Positions 25,117-43,630 of a stretch of DNA of 64,000 bases are shown piece after piece. Source of the DNA: Eledone cirrhosa (lineage: Eukaryota); the NCBI GenBank assembly GCA_964016885.1, contig OZ024762.1, positions 6,200,001 to 6,264,000 of the forward strand, given 5' to 3'. Within the stretch, counting starts at the first letter, position 1. Each line of letters opens with the position of its first letter. The position numbers were made by a program, and so were the translations under genes. The notes below the pieces were generated by a model. It ran no database searches, was not told the DNA's origin, and was given only the letters and a program-made list of their open reading frames with translations.

Positions 25117-25534
25117 TGAGGGTGGGCTGAAAAGTTCATAGGTCGACTACGATGGAGGAATGCTAAAGCTGAGAAACCTTGCATGCATTAATTTTAACTC
25201 TTTTTATTAATAACTGCCTTGTTTCTTTCTAGGGACTATGTTGAAAAATTTGGTCATTCCATGGGAGTATCTTGGTCGGTCTTTGCACTTTACAGCTGAC
25301 AATTGTACATATAGATGACACCCACTGAATGACAGTATATAAACGATAAAGAAATTATTTGTAATACAAGGGTCGGCTGAAAAGTTCATAGGCTGACCAA
25401 GATACTCTCATAGAATGACTAAATGAGGTAATAATGCAGTTATTAATAAAAAGAGTTGAAATTAACGCATGCAAGATTTCAGTTCTAGCATCATTCCTTC
25501 ATAGTCAGCCTATGAACTTTTCAGCCCAGCCTCA
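25117..25534. mobile_element. Mariner-type MITE
   Basis: TA|tgagggtgggctgaaaagttcatagg ... cctatgaacttttcagcccagcctca|TA. About 100 bp of imperfect inverted arms, with an extra internal left terminus near 25366. Confidence 0.8.
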
Positions 25535-26344
25535 TATGTTGCTGAGAAAATAGAATATATTTTGAGTATGAAATATTTAATTTAGATAAAGAGGAGTTAT
25601 TTGTCAAAATTCTAAATTGATCTATAAAATGTATAAAATTCTACACAACCTTTTGTGCACCAAGGCCCAACTCGACATCTCAAAAAATTTGTTATGTCCC
25701 TCTTTGATATGAAAACAAATTGAATTTTGTAAAAGTATACTATAAAATTAAATCCAGATGCATAATAACATGTGTGGAGGAGGTGAGACAGGAGTTTCTG
25801 ACAGTAATGTGTACCAAGGTTGCCTTGGTGTAAAAGTAATAAAGTAAAACCTGAAGTTTGTTCATATTAACATCATTTTCAAATTGATCCTCTGTGGAGT
25901 GTGCGCCCCATGTTGGGAACTGAAACTTAGGTAAACATATGATACGGAAACAGCACCAATATAATATATTATATATCCACATAAGAAGCTAGGTATTGTT
26001 ATGAAGGCTGCCAATCATAAGGATTCACAATTCTGGCCCAAGGACAGCATCTTGAGGAAGTAAGGAAAGTTGATTAAATCAGTCCCAGTACTTGACTGTT
26101 ACTTTATTTTATCAACTCAGGGAGGATGAAAGGTTGAAATTGGTGCGATTTGAACTTAACTTAGCATGGTAATGAGACATAAGCAGTGAATGTGGAGGAT
26201 GGGAAAAGACTGGAAAGAAATTAAGCAAGCATGTTCCGATGGATGTGCAATGTTAATGAGTGTGAAAGGCAAAGCTTAGGTGAACTGAGAGAGGCTGGAT
26301 ATAAGAGGGATCAGATATAGTGTGCAGCAGAAAAAAAAACTTAC

Positions 26345-26437
26345 TACAGCAGGCAAAAGTTTTTCTTCAAGCAGTGAACAAAATGCTATTGTGTCTGCAC
26401 ACTGAGTGGTGGATAGCCGGTCATCACAGCCCCACTC
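26345..26437 (-). CDS. MTX1: Metaxin-1 exon 4
   Basis: ttgtag|EWGCDDRLSTTQCADTIAFCSLLEEKLLPAV|gtaagt; 93 nt, conserved ADT-x-AF-x-SLLEEKLLP. Confidence 0.92.
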
Positions 26438-27341
26438 CTACAAATAAAACAGATACAGGAAAATTAATTATTTTTATTAAACCTCTCATAATTATTTATT
26501 ATTTTCATAATTAAACCACAAAAGCAACATATTCTTGTTAGAAATCATTTAATGTCCATTTTCATGCTTGCATGAGCTAGACGAGTTGTCCCGTTATGAG
26601 TCAAGTCAGATCCAGAGACAAAGTCAGTTATAGGGATCTGTAATTTTGGCTTGGTTTCTATGGCTGGATGCTCTTCCTAACACCCACCACATTACAGTGT
26701 GGACTGGGTGCTTTTCACTGTGGTGCCAAAACGACCGCCTTACAGGGAGGACTGGGCATTTTTGTTGTCACCAGCACAACCACCTTACAGAATGTAAAAG
26801 GGTTACTGGCAGCACACAAGGCCAACAATTACCCAGTACATTACTGGTACTTTATACAATCTAATAATGGAGCGAAATAGGTGGCAGCACACATATGTCA
26901 ATGAAGCTTCTATTTCTATTTCAATTCCATTCATACTTATATTAAAACATACTATCATAATTTTAATGAAGTAGTGTTCCAAATATCAGTTTACTAATGA
27001 TCAATTAGTTTTATTGATTTTTTCTTAAATTCTTTCTTCTTCTTCTTCTGTGTCCATTTATTTGGGTGATGGAGGCAGAGTCTCAAACATACCTTCAAGA
27101 GGTCCTATCAGAAGCATCCATCTTCAATTGATTTGCATGAATCTCCAAGCGAGAACAACCAAGCTTATGTTATCAATCCAACTATCTTGCTTGTGGTCTA
27201 TCTCTAGGTCTCCTGCCAGTTGGCTTTGCCCATAAAATTTGTCCTGTGATTTTTTTTTCTTAGACATTCTAATTAATTGAACCACATAGGCACTGTATTT
27301 CATTAGAAATACAGTAACAAAAAGGTTAACAAACTACTTAC

Positions 27342-27418
27342 TCTGTCTCGAAGGTAATTTATTATATTTTCTGTGGAACTCTGAAGTTCAGTGCCATGTC
27401 GGAGAAGGGGGAATTCTC
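27342..27418 (-). CDS. MTX1: Metaxin-1 exon 3
   Basis: catatag|(G)EFPLLRHGTELQSSTENIINYLRDR|gtaagt; 77 nt. Confidence 0.9.
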
Positions 27419-28122
27419 CTATATGAAGTAGAATAAATATTCACTTATTAGAAATTGAAATGACATATGAAATATATATATTTATTGATTGCAACAATAA
27501 CTACCAATTAATCAATGTTTAGTTACTATTGGTTCACCAGTTTCAGCACTCAATGCTAATATGGATCTAGTTGCTCATGTAGTATTCTACATGTGGTATT
27601 CCACTGTAGTCAGTATCCTTAAGAAGCAGAGTGTTAATAATAATAATAATGAGCAGGAATGAAGTATCAATATAACATCATCATCATCATCGTTTAACTT
27701 CTATCTTCCACGCTAGCATGGGTCTGGACGGGAATTGTCCCACTTGAGGCAAGATTGGTTGTCTTGCTCAGGACTGTCTGGCGGGCTTTCTACGGCTGTA
27801 TGCCCTTCCTACCGATACTGCCAATTGATTTTATATTGATACTAGAGATGCGCATTTCATGATTGATCAGATCAGCTCAAAGTACAATGAGTAATGATTG
27901 CACCCAACTCTGCAATCAACAGCTCATCAGGCATGTGGAGTCTTCCCATTGTACTTTGAGCTGATTGATCACAAAATGTGTGTCACATGTGAATAAACAT
28001 ATTGATGTTATATTCATACTTCCTCCCTACTCATTATTATTATTATATATATATAGAGAGAGAGAGGGCAGGAGAAAGAGAGAGGGAGAGATTTATTTGT
28101 GTTATATCTCTGACATTCTTAC

Positions 28123-28192
28123 CTGATGGAGAACGGAATGGATTCCCAGTTTTCTGTACAGAGACAGGAACCCCAGAAAATTTGCAATATGC
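28123..28192 (-). CDS. MTX1: Metaxin-1 exon 2
   Basis: ttacag|AYCKFSGVPVSVQKTGNPFRSPS(G)|gtaaga; 70 nt, phases consistent. Confidence 0.92.
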
Positions 28193-28447
28193 CTGTAAGA
28201 AAATAATGTGTATTTAAACTAAGACATTGGAAAATATATCTTCAATGCATAAACATTTTGGTATACATCAATATCATTACCATCAACATCATCTAACATT
28301 TGTTTTTCCCTGTTGGCATGGGTTTGACATGTCATCACAGACCAAGCTAGAACTTGATCCTACTTATTGTACTGCAAAGCAGGCCAGAATCAACCTTATG
28401 GTTGTGAACCCAACACCCTAACCACTGAACCGTGCAACTTCACTACA

Positions 28448-28512
<65 letters not shown>

Positions 28513-28601
28513 AACATGAATGGACCTGTTATTTTTATCTCAAGACATTTTTTCCAATTCCAACCCACCCGTCCTCTCAATCCATCTTATTTCTCATTGT
28601 T

Positions 28602-28637
28602 TCTTCTGATGAAGGACTAGCATCCGAAACGTTAAGA
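28602..28637 (+). ncRNA. Minimal type I hammerhead ribozyme in a Penelope-like pLTR fragment
   Basis: tctt CTGATGA a gga-ctagca-tcc GAAA cgtt aaga; palindromic AACGTT helix III. Lies in a ~210-bp segment bounded by (TA)n and (TACA)n. Confidence 0.6.
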
Positions 28638-28777
28638 CCCTCTTCCTGCTATATCAAGCGTTAACTTAATATATCCCTTCCATATACTGTACCGATTGTC
28701 TTATTTCTGTTTACCTTTTAGATACATACATACATACATATATATATATTACAAATAATGAAGTATACTTTATTTAA

Positions 28778-29146
28778 CCCTTTTAGCACCAATCCACCCT
28801 CGATTCCATGATGCAAAGCTGTATATTTTAAAGTAGGCATGTCAAACACGCGGCCCTTTACAAGCACATCTGCGGCCCGCACAAAGGTTTTATCACCGTT
28901 TTATCTTCGGAATATAAGATAAAAAAAACTAGTTGTCGTGTGTGGCCCTCAGACAACACATATGTAACCCATGTGGTCCTTGGGTTACCCTCAGTTTGAC
29001 ATGCCTGTTTTAAAATATATATATTCTACCCTTGGTTTTATGTTATGCTGCAAACACCAGCTTAATAATGAAAAAAGTTAGTTAAATTGCTCAAAATGAT
29101 TTGAAAATCGTAAACAGTATCTTTCATTAGAAATATAATGAGAGGG
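28778..29146 (+). mobile_element. piggyBac-type non-autonomous element (related copies near 1195-1770, 3250-3465, 4580-4700, 44450-44640)
   Basis: TTAA|cccttt ... gagaggg|TTAA; internal 'caaacaccagcttaataatg' shared by many copies in the window. Confidence 0.7.
28834..29007. mobile_element. hAT/Charlie-type MITE nested in the piggyBac-type element
   Basis: TIR taggcatgtcaaac / gtttgacatgcctg; 8-bp TSD ttttaaag / ttttaaaa. Confidence 0.8.
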
Positions 29147-29375
29147 TTAAAGAGGTTATATTTTTGTAAAAAAAGTACCTTTCCAATCCCTCAAAAATAC
29201 TTGATTATTTTCAAAATCATAAAGTGTAATTTCTTAAAAATATGGTAAGCAGTACCAGATTTATCTAGTAGTAAAAGTAGCATTTGCTAAGGGCCCCACA
29301 TTTTCAGGTGCTTTATAATATACTACTATGCTGCCTTTAACTTTCATTTAGGGTCCCTTTATAGTATATAAAGAG

Positions 29376-29620
29376 TGAAGGCGCATGGTTTAGAGGTTAA
29401 AGAATTGGATTCGCAATCGTGAGGTTGCGAGTTCGATTCCCGGATCGGGCGACGCATTATGTCTTTGCGCAAGATACTCTATTTCATGTTGCTCTTCCTG
29501 TCAAGAGTTGCTACCAGTAGATAGTATCAGCAATGGAAAGACCAATGGAAACATTGTTTTCTTTGTCCGATTGGACGAGTTCCGCCTCACTCAGTAAGTG
29601 AATGATCTCGGGGATATCGT
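29376..29620 (+). mobile_element. tRNA-derived SINE family 1 (other copies ~3525-3775 -, 13950-14550, 16785-16910, 24360-24605, 29800-30100 -, 33975-34205, 57525-57780, 63155-63440)
   Basis: A box 'tggtttagagg', B box 'gttcgattccc', then a 'tgtc.ttg.gcaaga.act.tatttcatgttgctc' core. Confidence 0.8.
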
Positions 29621-31264
29621 CGATATATAATAGTATTATAATATATACTGTAGGCCCCGCACTAATCTAATGCGGCACTGCATTTAATGTATAAAATACG
29701 TGGTGAGTGCAAAGATATTTTTTTTTTTTCGAGAATCAAATACAAAAATTATTAGAGTGGAAAAGCAGAGCCCCTTGTTGTGGAGTGTGATTGAATGTGC
29801 GTCTTCCATTTGATTTTAAAATTGCATTAGTATATTGGACCTCCGTCGTTGCCAATGTGTGCTCCAGGTGATTCAAACTGCCTGCTCGTGGAATTAACGT
29901 GCAAATGGCTGAGCATTCCACATACACGTGCACCCTTAATGCAGTTCTCAGGGAGATTCAGCAACGTGTGACGAGGCTTTCCCCTCTTGAATTACAAATA
30001 CAACTCATTTTTGCCAGTTAAGTGGACTGAAGGAACGTGAATCGAACTCACGACATAACCATTTTTAGTCCCGTACATTAAACACTACGCGCCTTCACAC
30101 TGTATTTATATACAAATATATAATTTGTGTTTATCAATAAAGATCCAAATACAATTTCTGTCAGGAAAACCGATATATTTATTACAAAGAATTCTTAATT
30201 TGTAACAGGGAAATGATCAAACTTAATTTGTAACAGGGAAATTAACAAACCCCCTAGCGGATGAGATTGTTAAGGGCACTTATGACAGAAGATAGTGAAC
30301 ACAAATTAATTATTATTAATCTTTAACAGATATATTTTATTTAATTAGTCTTGTAGAAAAAGTCATATAAAGGTGAGAGGGAAAACAGGTTCACTCAACC
30401 ACAGGAGGCGGTGGTGATTTCCATGTAATCATTTTTGAAGCGAGCCAACTCACTCGTAGCATCCAGATTCGCTTCCAGTATCAGATTTCATCGACTTTAG
30501 AAGGAAAGTCAATTGAATCTCAGATCATATAAGACAGTGTGAAAGGTACGGAGACGTTCCTTGGAATTCTCAAGGGCATTACTAGTCCCTTAAATGATAG
30601 GGCCACTATCGAAATTGAAAAAAGGATATGTGTACTCGCATAGATATTTATATTAAAGGAATTATATATATATATACACACACACCCACGCAACTTTGGC
30701 ACTTCTGCAGGTTATCGACAACATAATTAAGGTTATTTCCCTTCAAGTATATAGATGAACGATTTACAGTTCGTAAAATAACAAAATAAATGCGTATTTC
30801 CCGCTCTCTTTAATAAAATCTTCTACAATATATACGCTATAATTCTGAAAATTGTATTAGAGTTGAGAAAAATAAGGTTTAATCAAAATAGCGATCAGTT
30901 AATATAGTTCGATTAATAAGTTAAGGAGTAAGCACCCGGTATATCGAGTGTTTCAGGTAACCTTATGTAACAATTACTAACTGTCGTTTCAATTTGCTTA
31001 CGACCTTCAGAGAAGTATGAATCTCACGAAATCTCATTCATTGTGGTTCCGTAAAAAATGTCATTAGGCCTTATGCCCCTGTATGAAATAAATTCAATCA
31101 ACTGGCAGGGACACGGAACAGTACTGTGTATGTATGACTGACACTCATATATATGTGTATGTTAATAGCCTCGCTTTTCATAGATAGATAGATAGAGAAA
31201 GAAATATAAGTGATCGGTCAGAATTATTACAAATGAATAAAGATAAAAAATAGCAGACAATTAC

Positions 31265-31345
31265 CAGGACAGCGAGACATTGCGGTTCAACAGTTGGTAA
31301 TCCCCAGTCTCCGTGCCAAACGTCTAATTCTATACATTCTGCCAT
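31265..31345 (-). CDS. MTX1: Metaxin-1 exon 1
   Basis: MAECIELDVWHGDWGLPTVEPQCLAVL matches the metaxin N-terminal W-x-G-x-WGLP motif. Donor CTG|gtaatt. Confidence 0.9.
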
Positions 31346-33072
31346 ATTAGATTGGTTTATTGATATCACTCTTTCCTGGGTATCACCGCCACCAGCCACG
31401 TGATAACCACCAAACCATTACTACCAGGGAAGTCGGAACAAAGATAGCTAGTCTATTAGGCTTTAAATCTACTCCTATTATTAAGTTCCTCTTTGCTATT
31501 AAATATCATCTGCTTTCGTTAGTTATTTAAACAAATTTAATTCACTATTTATATTTATTGTCACGGAAATAAAAAAAAAACAGATTGCTATTTAATCTGG
31601 CTTATAAATCTACTCCTATTAAATATACCTGCTTTTGTTCGTTCTTTAAACAAATCTCCAGTTATCAAGACAGAGATATGTTTCTTTATTAGCCACAGGG
31701 GCACAAAAGAAGGGGACAAATACAAAGGGGGAAGTTTACATACAATAAAAACGTGTAAAATATTATCACAAATGTAATTTAAAAATTTTACCCATTCATT
31801 CATTCATTTGCTAACATTCTACCTTCCCGTGTGTCCCTCTCCACGCACCCCCTTCTTTTCTCTCTTGTCTTCTGATACCTCCATATCTGATGTAGGTGAG
31901 CTATGAGGCCCTCTTATCAGCACTTTCCTTTCCACACAGTTGTGCCTAGCACCTAGGCTGGTGATAACCAGCCACTCATCCCAGATGCCGATTGGTGCCC
32001 CAGTCCCTGGCCCCACGCCCCATCCTCCATCCCCACCAGTCAACACCTGTAGCATTTGCACCACCACAAATAGGTGGAAGAGGGGCCGGAACTGTTCAGG
32101 GTGCGGCTGCTTCCACCATGTCACCTGTGCTGGCTTGACGCGTCGAGCCTCCAGTGCCCTCGCAACGTGGAGATGCAGAAACTGTCTCTTCCCCTCGTCT
32201 GCCCAGCCACGACCGTCTGGCACACCACCAGATGAGACAGCGAGCTTGCCTGACGCCCAAGCCTCGCTGGTCAACATCGCTCGTCTCAGGCGGTTCCGGA
32301 AGATCCCACTCAGGATGCCGAGAGCGGCCCGGGTGCCGGTAGCCGATGCCCTCGCTTCCTCTATTGAGAGCGCCCTGGGCTTCAATCGAGCCAGGGACTC
32401 TTCTATTTCGCCCACTCGCCCTCGGCCTCCCCAGCTCTGGCGCTGACTGAGGCGGCCGGTCAACAGCAGCTTTTGTCAAAGCCAATGTTTCGTCCTTTGG
32501 GCAAGCGCCCATTCCAAGCATGCCTAGGGAAGCCACACACCCTACTCTTGAGTACCCCCCATCCTCCACCCCTGAGACCAGCGCCAAGCGTTTGCATGAC
32601 CGTGTAAATGCCAAATTAATCGTGGGTGATGTCTTGGCCTCAATCAGAGTTGTTGCTGTGGCACTAATGAAGCAAATTGCAATATTTAAAGAGCGTTGTG
32701 AGTTTCTGAAACAATTAGAGGTTCTTGTGGTTTAGCACTAAATTTTTCCTATGATCTAAGACATTCCAGCCGTGACAACCCAGACTTTTAAGGCGGCTAT
32801 TCCTTGCAGGTCGAATGAATATGTAGAGGCTTTCTGTGTATTACAGGTGACACAATATTAGCAAGAAATAACAAAAAAACAAACCACAATTTGAGAATTG
32901 GCAATAAACTAAATTTAATGATTTTTTTTTAGATAGCTATTGAAGAGGCGGAGATAATTTACGTAGTGGGGACAGCTTTGATATATCACCGCTAACAACT
33001 TTCATTACTGCATTACGTTCCTATTACGAATATATCAACTACTCGGTTATATTTATATGAATTCGACGAAAA
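31346..33072. promoter_or_regulatory. Divergent promoter interval MTX1/RIOK2
   Basis: Start codons 1.7 kb apart on opposite strands, with local CpG retention near both starts. TSSs not determined. Confidence 0.5.
31810..32660 (+). mobile_element. CRE-clade non-LTR retrotransposon 5' remnant with PHD finger
   Basis: GC-rich island. C4HC3 pattern CSIC...CSGC..HHVTC...WRCRNC, then 'RMPRAARVPVADALAS' and 'RVNAKLIVGDVLASIRVV' (pre-RT motifs). Frameshifted. Confidence 0.65.
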
Positions 33073-33138
33073 ATGGGAAAACTGAATGCAACATTACTTC
33101 GTTATTTAACTCAGGAAGACTTCCGAGTTATCACTGCC
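33073..33138 (+). CDS. RIOK2: Ser/Thr kinase RIO2 exon 1
   Basis: MGKLNATLLRYLTQEDFRVITA|gtgagt, the RIO2 N-terminal winged-helix start. Confidence 0.93.
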
Positions 33139-33656
33139 GTGAGTATATAGTTGTTTTCTGTGTTTGGCTACTTCTGTAATAACAGCCTATACGTGTGTTC
33201 TCACGTGTATGCTTTTAGTATAGAGATTTACTGTATATTTATATATATATATATATATGTTCCTCTCTTCATTAAACGGTATATTTATATCAAAGTGGTT
33301 TTTGCTTTGTGTTGAAAAGCAGTTCTACGATTTAATGGCTTAAATATGAAATGTTCCCTTCCTTCATAGTTTTCATCTCTCCGAAAGAAGTTCTCTTCGC
33401 AATTAATTGGTTTGGGGTTCAATCTCCCTGGGCAAGTTTAGTAGGCGAGAACTACAGAAGGCCGTTACACACACATATATAATGTGTATGTATAAAATAA
33501 AATTAAAATAAATAATTATAAATGGCGAGGAACCGCCACTAGCTTCACAAGAAGAGATAACACATGGCACCATCTGGTACTTTCTTGTTTTTATTGATCT
33601 CAAAAGAGTGAAATAGTTTCTACATAATTTAATTCTAATTTTTACTTCTCATTTAG

Positions 33657-33860
<204 letters not shown>

Positions 33861-34652
33861 TAATGCTAATTTTTGTTTAGCCCTTGGTCAGCCTTGATCA
33901 AGCAAATCTATAATCAGTGGATTTCCAGCTATGATCATCCTATCTTTTTAGTGGCAAATATGGCTCTATATTGGCGTGTGGCTGAGTGGTTAGAGAACTG
34001 GATTCTCAATTGTGTGGTTGTGAGTTCAGTTCCTGAACTGGGCCATGCATTATGTCCTTGAGCAATACACTTTATTTCACATTGCTCTTTCTGCCAGGTG
34101 TTGCAACCAGTAGTTAGTATCAGCAATGGAAACATTGTTTCCTTGGTCCAATTTGACGAGCTCCACCCCACTCAGTAAGTGAGTGAGGTCTGGGATCTTG
34201 TCGGTCATTTAAAATATATACATATTTATATTCTGTGAAGAGTTGTGACTAGTAGATAGTATCAGCAATGGAAAGTCCAATGGAAACATTGTTTCCTTGG
34301 GCTAATTTGATGAGCTTCACCTCACTTGGAAAGTAAGTGAGGTCTGAGATCTTGTTGATTAATTCCTATATGTAGTGAATTGGCAGAGTTGCTAGAAGAA
34401 AGCTCTGTAGTCTGAAGACACATGATTTCTCTCAGAGAAGGAGAGAAAGAGATATAAACGAAGTGTGAGAAAGAGATATAGAGGAAGTAAGAGAGAGGGA
34501 GAAGTAGTGAGAAAGAGATATAAAGGAAGAATCTACCCCAGTACTGGTACTTTTTCTTATTGACCTTGAAAGGATGAAAAGCAAAGTTGACCTTGAAGGG
34601 ATTCAAATTCATTCAGAATCAATACCACAACGTATTCTATTCAATGTTCTAA

Positions 34653-34826
<174 letters not shown>

Positions 34827-35831
34827 TAACAAAACATTGAACCTAACCTATCTTATCTCTCCTGTGTCCTGTTGAGTGAACAACTGGAACACCCATTGCC
34901 ATATATCCTTGAATATAAGCTGACCCCTTTATTTTATGTCAGAAAAATGGGCCAAAATCCAAACCTTATCTACATAAAATTTGCAGTTGCTGAAAATCAT
35001 AAAAATATTGATTCCTAATTATAAGCCGACACCCTTCTCTCTGCCATTGATTTTTTAGTGTTGGTTATCTGCACAATAAACAACCATACAGTATACTCTA
35101 TAAGGTGGTAGTTGATAGGAAGGGCACCCAACCATAGCAAACCTGCCAAACAAAGAGTCAAGAAAACTCTTCAGCTGGGCCATAGACATGATAACCTCCT
35201 TAGTGTTGCTACTTGATAAACTATCACCCAGTATACTCACCCAGTAAAATGGTTGGTGTGACAAAGGGAATTCAGCTGTAGAAAACTTGCCAAAACGTCA
35301 AGAGAACTCTTCAGTTGTGTCAAAGATATGCCAACCTTCCTATTGCTGGAGCCATGATAACCTGCACCCAGTGCACTCTGTTGTGTGCAGGAATGTATTT
35401 TAGCAAGATGCAAGCTCTGGTCCATCTGAGAGATCAGTTGCTCCAATTCAGTTCTGACTTGGTCTGTGACTGATGATCCAGCCCATGTTAGCTGGGAAAA
35501 TGGATATTAACCAATGAAGATGATGATGTACAGGTGTGTATCAGAAGTACACTGTATCCCTGTTATAGACATGATAACCTCTTTTGTGTTGGTAATTTAC
35601 ATGATAAGCGATCACCCGCTACTCTGTGTAAAGCGATTGGGGATAGGAAGGTCATCCAGCTGTAGAAAACTTGCCAAACCAAGGTTCATAAAGACTCTTC
35701 AGCTATGCCAAAGACTTGACAACTTCCCTAATGTTGGTGCCATGATAAAATGCACTCAGTAGAGTGTGGGATTATTGACCCTATTATGATGATATACAAT
35801 AATGACATTCTTTACTATATTCCTTTTACAG

Positions 35832-35886
35832 ATGTCTATCTCGTTGCTACAGAATCTGGAGTTCAACATGTCTTAAAATTACAAAG
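35832..35886 (+). CDS. RIOK2: RIOK2 exon 4
   Basis: ttacag|(D)VYLVATESGVQHVLKLQ(R)|gtacaa; 55 nt. Confidence 0.9.
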
Positions 35887-36229
35887 GTACAAGAAATTGG
35901 CTATTTTTATTGTTTTATTGTGTTGTTATTGTTGAATATCTCATCAGTCCCTGAGTAGTTTTATTATTTTGTTTTGTGGTGGTGATGATGATGGTGGTAG
36001 CAGTAGGGTGGTTGTTGGTGGTGGTGATAGTGGCAGCGCAGTCGCAGTGGTGGTGGCAAAGGTTGTTGGTGGGGATGGGGTGGGTGGTGGTTTTGGCGAC
36101 AGTTGTTGTTGGTGGTGGGAATCTAATGAGGTAACAAACCTTTTCATTAGTAAGCTCGTGTTTGAAAATTACTTAACAAACATTACTTACTTAAAATTAT
36201 AAAGGAAGGTTTTAATATAAGCAGCCAAC

Positions 36230-36590
36230 ATTGGGTTCCTTCAAAGGGTCTCTGAAGTAACATTACTCGATAGAATGCATAGATCAGAGAGTTGCTCCAG
36301 GTAAAACTGCTACTTTTCGGAATTGAAAGATCACAGCTCCGATAATACGGGCATGTGATTAGAATGTCTCAGGAAAAAATTGCAGATTTTTACAGGCAAA
36401 ACCAACTGGCAGGAGACCCAGAGGTTGATCCCAAGCAAGATTGTTTGATAACATCCATGAACTTGGCTGGTCTTGCTTGGGGATTCAGCCAGATCAATTG
36501 GAGACAGTTGCTTCTGATAGGACCCGCTGGAAGGAGTGAGGACTCTGCTCCCGTGACTCTCCCAGGAATAAGTGAGCGAAGAAGAAGAGC
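36230..36590 (+). mobile_element. 5'-truncated 3' end of the same RTE family (other copies at 27035-27270 -, 52505-52745 +, 1245-1350 -)
   Basis: Shares 'gatcacagctc..atac.ggcatgtg.ttagaatgtctcagg' and 'ccaggaataagtg.gcgaagaag' with 57030-57370. Confidence 0.75.
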
Positions 36591-36684
36591 TTTTAATATA
36601 AATATGAACATTGTGAAATGTTCAGTTGTGTATCATAAATCTAGGTTGATGTCAGGTAGGTTGGGATCAAAAGGGTTAAAATAG

Positions 36685-36918
<234 letters not shown>

Positions 36919-37678
36919 TGAAGAATTTTGAGGGATTTACTTGAATTATTATTTTATATGGTGGTAGAGCATCAGACAAAATGCTTTGCAACATTTAGTT
37001 ACGACCCTTTATGTACCAAACTTGAATAACATATCCAAACTGGGGACACTGATACCGACATCATTTTTTTTCCTCTTCGGCTTTTGAAAATAGAAATACT
37101 TTTATTCGTTTTAATTATTATTTGTGGCATATAGTTATGTCCCTTTACATTGGTCTTGTACCTAAATCAGAAACGACTGTTATTATTATTGGGGGGTGAA
37201 TTGGCAGTGTCGGTAGAGGGTCTGACGCCATGCTTTGACGCATAAAGTTACGCCCCTTGCCATTCTGAGATCAAATCCCATCGAGGTTAACTTTGCCTTT
37301 CATCCTTACGGGGTCGATAAAATATAGTACCAGTAATGTACTGGGTAATTGCTGGCCTTGTGCCAAAAGTAGAAACAATTGTTATTGGGGGATTGGTAGT
37401 ATCAACAGAGCATTGGACATCAGGCTTTGCAGCATTTTATTATGACCCCTTATGTTGTGAGTTCAAATCATGCTAACATCAACTTTGCTTTTCATCCTTC
37501 TGGACTCGATAACATAAAGTACTAGTAAAGATATAATCAACTTTCTCCATCCCCAAATTTCTGACCTTAGGGTCAAAATTAGAAACAATTATTTCATATA
37601 AAGATTGTAACTTAACATATGATTCTTATATAAAATTATATTGAAAGATATTAATTCAAATAGGAACCCTTTAAAATA

Positions 37679-37869
37679 GGTGGCTATGTTTCATAGAACC
37701 AAGGTGGCTATGTTACATAGAACCAAGGTGGCTATGTTACATAGAACCAAGGTGGCTATGTTTCATAGAACCAAGGTGGCTATGTTACATAGAACCAAGG
37801 TGGCTATGTTACATAGAACCAAGGTGGCTATGTTACATAGAACCAAGGTGGCTATGTTACATAGAACCA
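37679..37869. repeat. 24-bp minisatellite (8 copies)
   Basis: ggtggctatgttacatagaaccaa, with internal ctatg/catag inverted repeat. Confidence 0.95.
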
Positions 37870-37976
37870 GAGCCAGTTTTGGTTAGGTTGGTATAAAAAG
37901 GGTTAAATAAGAACCTATTTATATGGGTGATTTTGTTACATAGAACCAGAGCCAATTTCTGTGTCAAGGGGTTTAA

Positions 37977-38099
<123 letters not shown>

Positions 38100-38240
38100 T
38101 GATATCTTGCCTATTATGTCTGTTGGATGTGGATTAACAGAATAGGTAGAGTGTTGGACAACATGCCTTGTGGCATATAGTTACAACCCTTTACATTCTG
38201 AGTTTAAATCCTGTCAGGATCAATTTTGCTAGACTTTCTT

Positions 38241-43630
<5,390 letters not shown>

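Noticed and set aside
29376-29450. tRNA-like sequences
   Set aside because: A and B boxes are present but the cloverleaf is imperfect and continues into a SINE core; many degenerate copies.
31940-32446. Host PHD-finger gene
   Set aside because: Frameshifted, no splice structure, and followed by retrotransposon pre-RT motifs.
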